From Promethearchaeota archaeon (GTDB lineage Archaea > Asgardarchaeota > Hermodarchaeia > Hermodarchaeales > Hermodarchaeaceae): 19,366 bases of DNA. Shown one piece after another: positions 17,103 to 19,366 of this stretch. The first letter of the stretch is position 1. Each line of letters begins with the position of its first letter. A program made the translations under genes and the position numbers. The DNA is taken from positions 1 to 19,366 of the forward strand of contig JBHLPR010000039.1 of NCBI GenBank assembly GCA_048939245.1, read 5' to 3'. Under the pieces are notes generated by a model. That model saw only the letters and a list, made by a program, of their open reading frames with translations. It made no database searches and had not been told where the DNA came from.

Positions 17103-17340
17103 AACATTTACTATAAAAGAGCTTACTTTTCAAAAAAAGAAAGGTGCTCGGAATCTCTCTTGGCGAGTAAGCCCATATACTGCTTATTTTAGAGAATCAT
17201 TTGAGATAGGCAGATCTTCCCTGAAGGCGTTTTAATCATCATACATGTATTTCTTCGAAGACCAAATTGAAGATTTATACGAAAATATATCAGAGGTTAA
17301 CCTAGCAGGTCTATTGATTTCATTCTCATGGTGAGAAATT

Positions 17341-19050
17341 GTGCCTAAAATAATGAAGCTTGCTTCACTCTTCTCCCCGTTATTCCGATTAAAAAATTAT
17401 CTGGAAAGAACCATTGCTCAACCTATACGACGTCATTTCGCACCAAAGCCTTCTGATAGTACATTTGAGCTGGGCAAGTGGAACAATGACGCAAATGTCC
17501 AGACGAAGTATGGTTTGGTTCGTGGGTTTTCAGACAAAGGCATATGGTGTTGGAAAGGAATTCCTTATGGCACGCCTCCAGTAGGAGACTTAAGATGGAA
17601 GGCACCACTTGATCCTATCCCTTGGCTCGGAACGCGTAAAACAACAAAATTCGGTAACTCTGCCGCACAGGTTATGCCCATCATGGGTTCAACAGGTTCA
17701 GAGGACTGTCTCTACCTCAACATATGGCGTCCTAAAAGTTCGGAAACTGAACTCCCGGTTTACTTGTATATTCATGGGGGAGGCAATTCCATTGGGTCAT
17801 CAGACACGCCAACCTACTACGGTAATGCCGTGGCTGAAAAATCGAACTTGCTGTATATCTCTGTCAACTACCGACTCGGTGCAATGGGCTGGTTCAAGCA
17901 CACTGCAGTGACTGGCTCAGGTTCTCCTGAGGACCAGAGCGGGAATTATGGAACTCTAGACCTGGTGAAGTCCTTAGAGTGGGTTAAAAATAACATCAGA
18001 GCTTTTGGGGGTAACCCAGACAAGGTCACAATTGCAGGTGAGTCTGGAGGAGCGTTCAATGTACTTTCACTCTTGGTGTCTCCCTCTGCAAAGAGACTAT
18101 TCCATAGAGCTATTGTTGAAAGTGGTATGACCTCGGTTTGTAGTATTGAGGAAGCAAAAGCCCAGAGTGAACAACTTCTGATTGCTCTTCTTATCAATGA
18201 TAGAAAAGTTGCGAATGAAGCTGAGGCTGTAAAGCACATTAGCGAAATGCAAGATGATGAGATTAATACATATCTACGTACGAAATCAGCCTTCACGATT
18301 ACGAAGAATATTCCAACTATTGTTTTGGGAATGGCCCGATGGCGTTCTATTATTGCTGATGGGACAGTTATACCTAAAGAGGGGTATGATGTGTTTTCAT
18401 CTGGGGAATGGGCAAATATGGTACCCGTGATCATAGGCTGCACAAAGGATGAAATGAACCTCTTTGGTTCTTTCTTTGAAGACATTCCTCGGAGCCCTAA
18501 GATATGGGAATATCATTCAATGCTATGGCGTGCAAATGGTGTCAATAAACCAGCTAGCGAAATGACTGCTAACAGCAACATACCTGTTTATGTATACAGG
18601 TTTGACTGGGGAAGCCCTAATGACAAAGGCGTGAGTGTCCTACCAAAAAACAAAGGACAGAAACTGGGAGCTTACCATGGCGCTGAGTTACCTTTCTTCT
18701 TGGGAACAAGTGGATCAGATTTTGCCTTTTTGATAGGAAAGACACACACGAAGGATAACCAAATCGGTCGTGAAAAACTGAAAGACTTGTGTATGAACTA
18801 TCTGGCTAATTTTGCGAGAGCAGGGGACCCTAATGATATTAACTTACCAAATTGGCCTGCTTGGGACAACACAGAAGGGAAAGATAAGGTTCTTGTTCTT
18901 GATGCAGATTTCAATGATTTGAGGCTTTCATACTCGAGTGAAATAATCACAGTTCATGATGTTCTAGACCGCGTTAATTCTGAGCTTGAAGAGCCGGAAC
19001 GAGGACAGGTATTGACTATGCTCGAAGAGTTTATTCCTTTTAGGGAATAG
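17341..19050 (+). CDS. Type-B carboxylesterase (PnbA-like alpha/beta hydrolase)
   Basis: WKGIPYG.PPVGDLRWKAP, SEDCLYLNIW, HGGG oxyanion hole, GESGG nucleophile, TKDE acid, HGAEL His. Start could be ATG 17353. Confidence 0.95.
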   Translation: MPKIMKLASLFSPLFRLKNYLERTIAQPIRRHFAPKPSDSTFELGKWNNDANVQTKYGLVRGFSDKGIWCWKGIPYGTPPVGDLRWKAPLDPIPWLGTRKTTKFGNSAAQVMPIMGSTGSEDCLYLNIWRPKSSETELPVYLYIHGGGNSIGSSDTPTYYGNAVAEKSNLLYISVNYRLGAMGWFKHTAVTGSGSPEDQSGNYGTLDLVKSLEWVKNNIRAFGGNPDKVTIAGESGGAFNVLSLLVSPSAKRLFHRAIVESGMTSVCSIEEAKAQSEQLLIALLINDRKVANEAEAVKHISEMQDDEINTYLRTKSAFTITKNIPTIVLGMARWRSIIADGTVIPKEGYDVFSSGEWANMVPVIIGCTKDEMNLFGSFFEDIPRSPKIWEYHSMLWRANGVNKPASEMTANSNIPVYVYRFDWGSPNDKGVSVLPKNKGQKLGAYHGAELPFFLGTSGSDFAFLIGKTHTKDNQIGREKLKDLCMNYLANFARAGDPNDINLPNWPAWDNTEGKDKVLVLDADFNDLRLSYSSEIITVHDVLDRVNSELEEPERGQVLTMLEEFIPFRE

Positions 19051-19157
19051 ATAGGCTTCACTGTTCTTCTCTCTTATTCAAACCATATAACTAAGCAGGA
19101 AATGAAGCGATACCAAGTTTTTTTAGAGCAAGATAACCATCAAAATGTTTGTCAATT

Positions 19158-19366
19158 ATGAACATAATTCAGTTAGTAAAAAGGATTGAGACTCCTGAGC
19201 CTTGGAGTGAGGGGGAAAAGATTCCTTGGAACGATTCAGGGTTCAGTGAGAGGATGCTTAAGCATCACCTTACGCAGGAACACGATCTCGCCAGCAGAAG
19301 ATTCGAGATAATCGATAGACACGTTGATTGGATCCACAACAAGTTAGGAGGAAAACCATCCAAAAT
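19158..19366 (+). CDS. Class I SAM-dependent methyltransferase, N-terminal part (runs off the window; absent from the ORF track)
   Basis: Manual translation MNIIQLVKRIETPEPWSEGEKIPWNDSGFSERMLKHHLTQEHDLASRRFEIIDRHVDWIHNKLGGKPSK. The IPWND..FS.RML..HL.Q.HD.ASRR motif is, from recall, the N-terminal signature of a methyltransferase family. The SAM-binding motif lies outside the window. Confidence 0.75.
   Translation, partial: MNIIQLVKRIETPEPWSEGEKIPWNDSGFSERMLKHHLTQEHDLASRRFEIIDRHVDWIHNKLGGKPSK

Noticed and set aside
728-18485. Short antisense or out-of-frame ORFs in the track (e.g. 2622-2912, 6845-7339, 8337-8693, 15384-15785, 17946-18485)
   Set aside because: They are shadows of well-supported genes and have no protein motifs.

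Overview
Protein-coding window of about 19.4 kb, most likely archaeal. An Asgard-type (e.g. Thorarchaeia-like) origin is my inference from gene style, not proven. It has 19 supportable CDSs. Left part: an orphan 16-TM histidine kinase, a HEAT-repeat protein, a membrane-anchored M28 peptidase and an adjacent C13 (legumain/Gpi8-like) peptidase. Right part: a mixed-orientation patchwork of small metabolic, redox and detox genes (nitroreductase, DUF362, 4-OT tautomerase, TlpA+CcdA, acyltransferase-3, PNPOx-like, Zn-ADH, carboxylesterase, partial SAM methyltransferase) plus membrane hypotheticals. I saw no rRNA, tRNA, CRISPR array, transposase or integrase. The main unexplained signal is an asymmetric ~20-bp intergenic motif (AAACCCAAGCCTTACTGAAC + T-rich tail) present five times (7576, 10019, 14092, 14680, 15861). 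It is always on the + strand whatever the neighbouring gene orientation, and it tightly brackets two single genes of contrasting base composition. This suggests a gene-cassette array with a non-attC recombination site. The second notable item is the M28 + C13 pair, the same two folds as the eukaryotic GPI-transamidase subunits Gaa1 and Gpi8.
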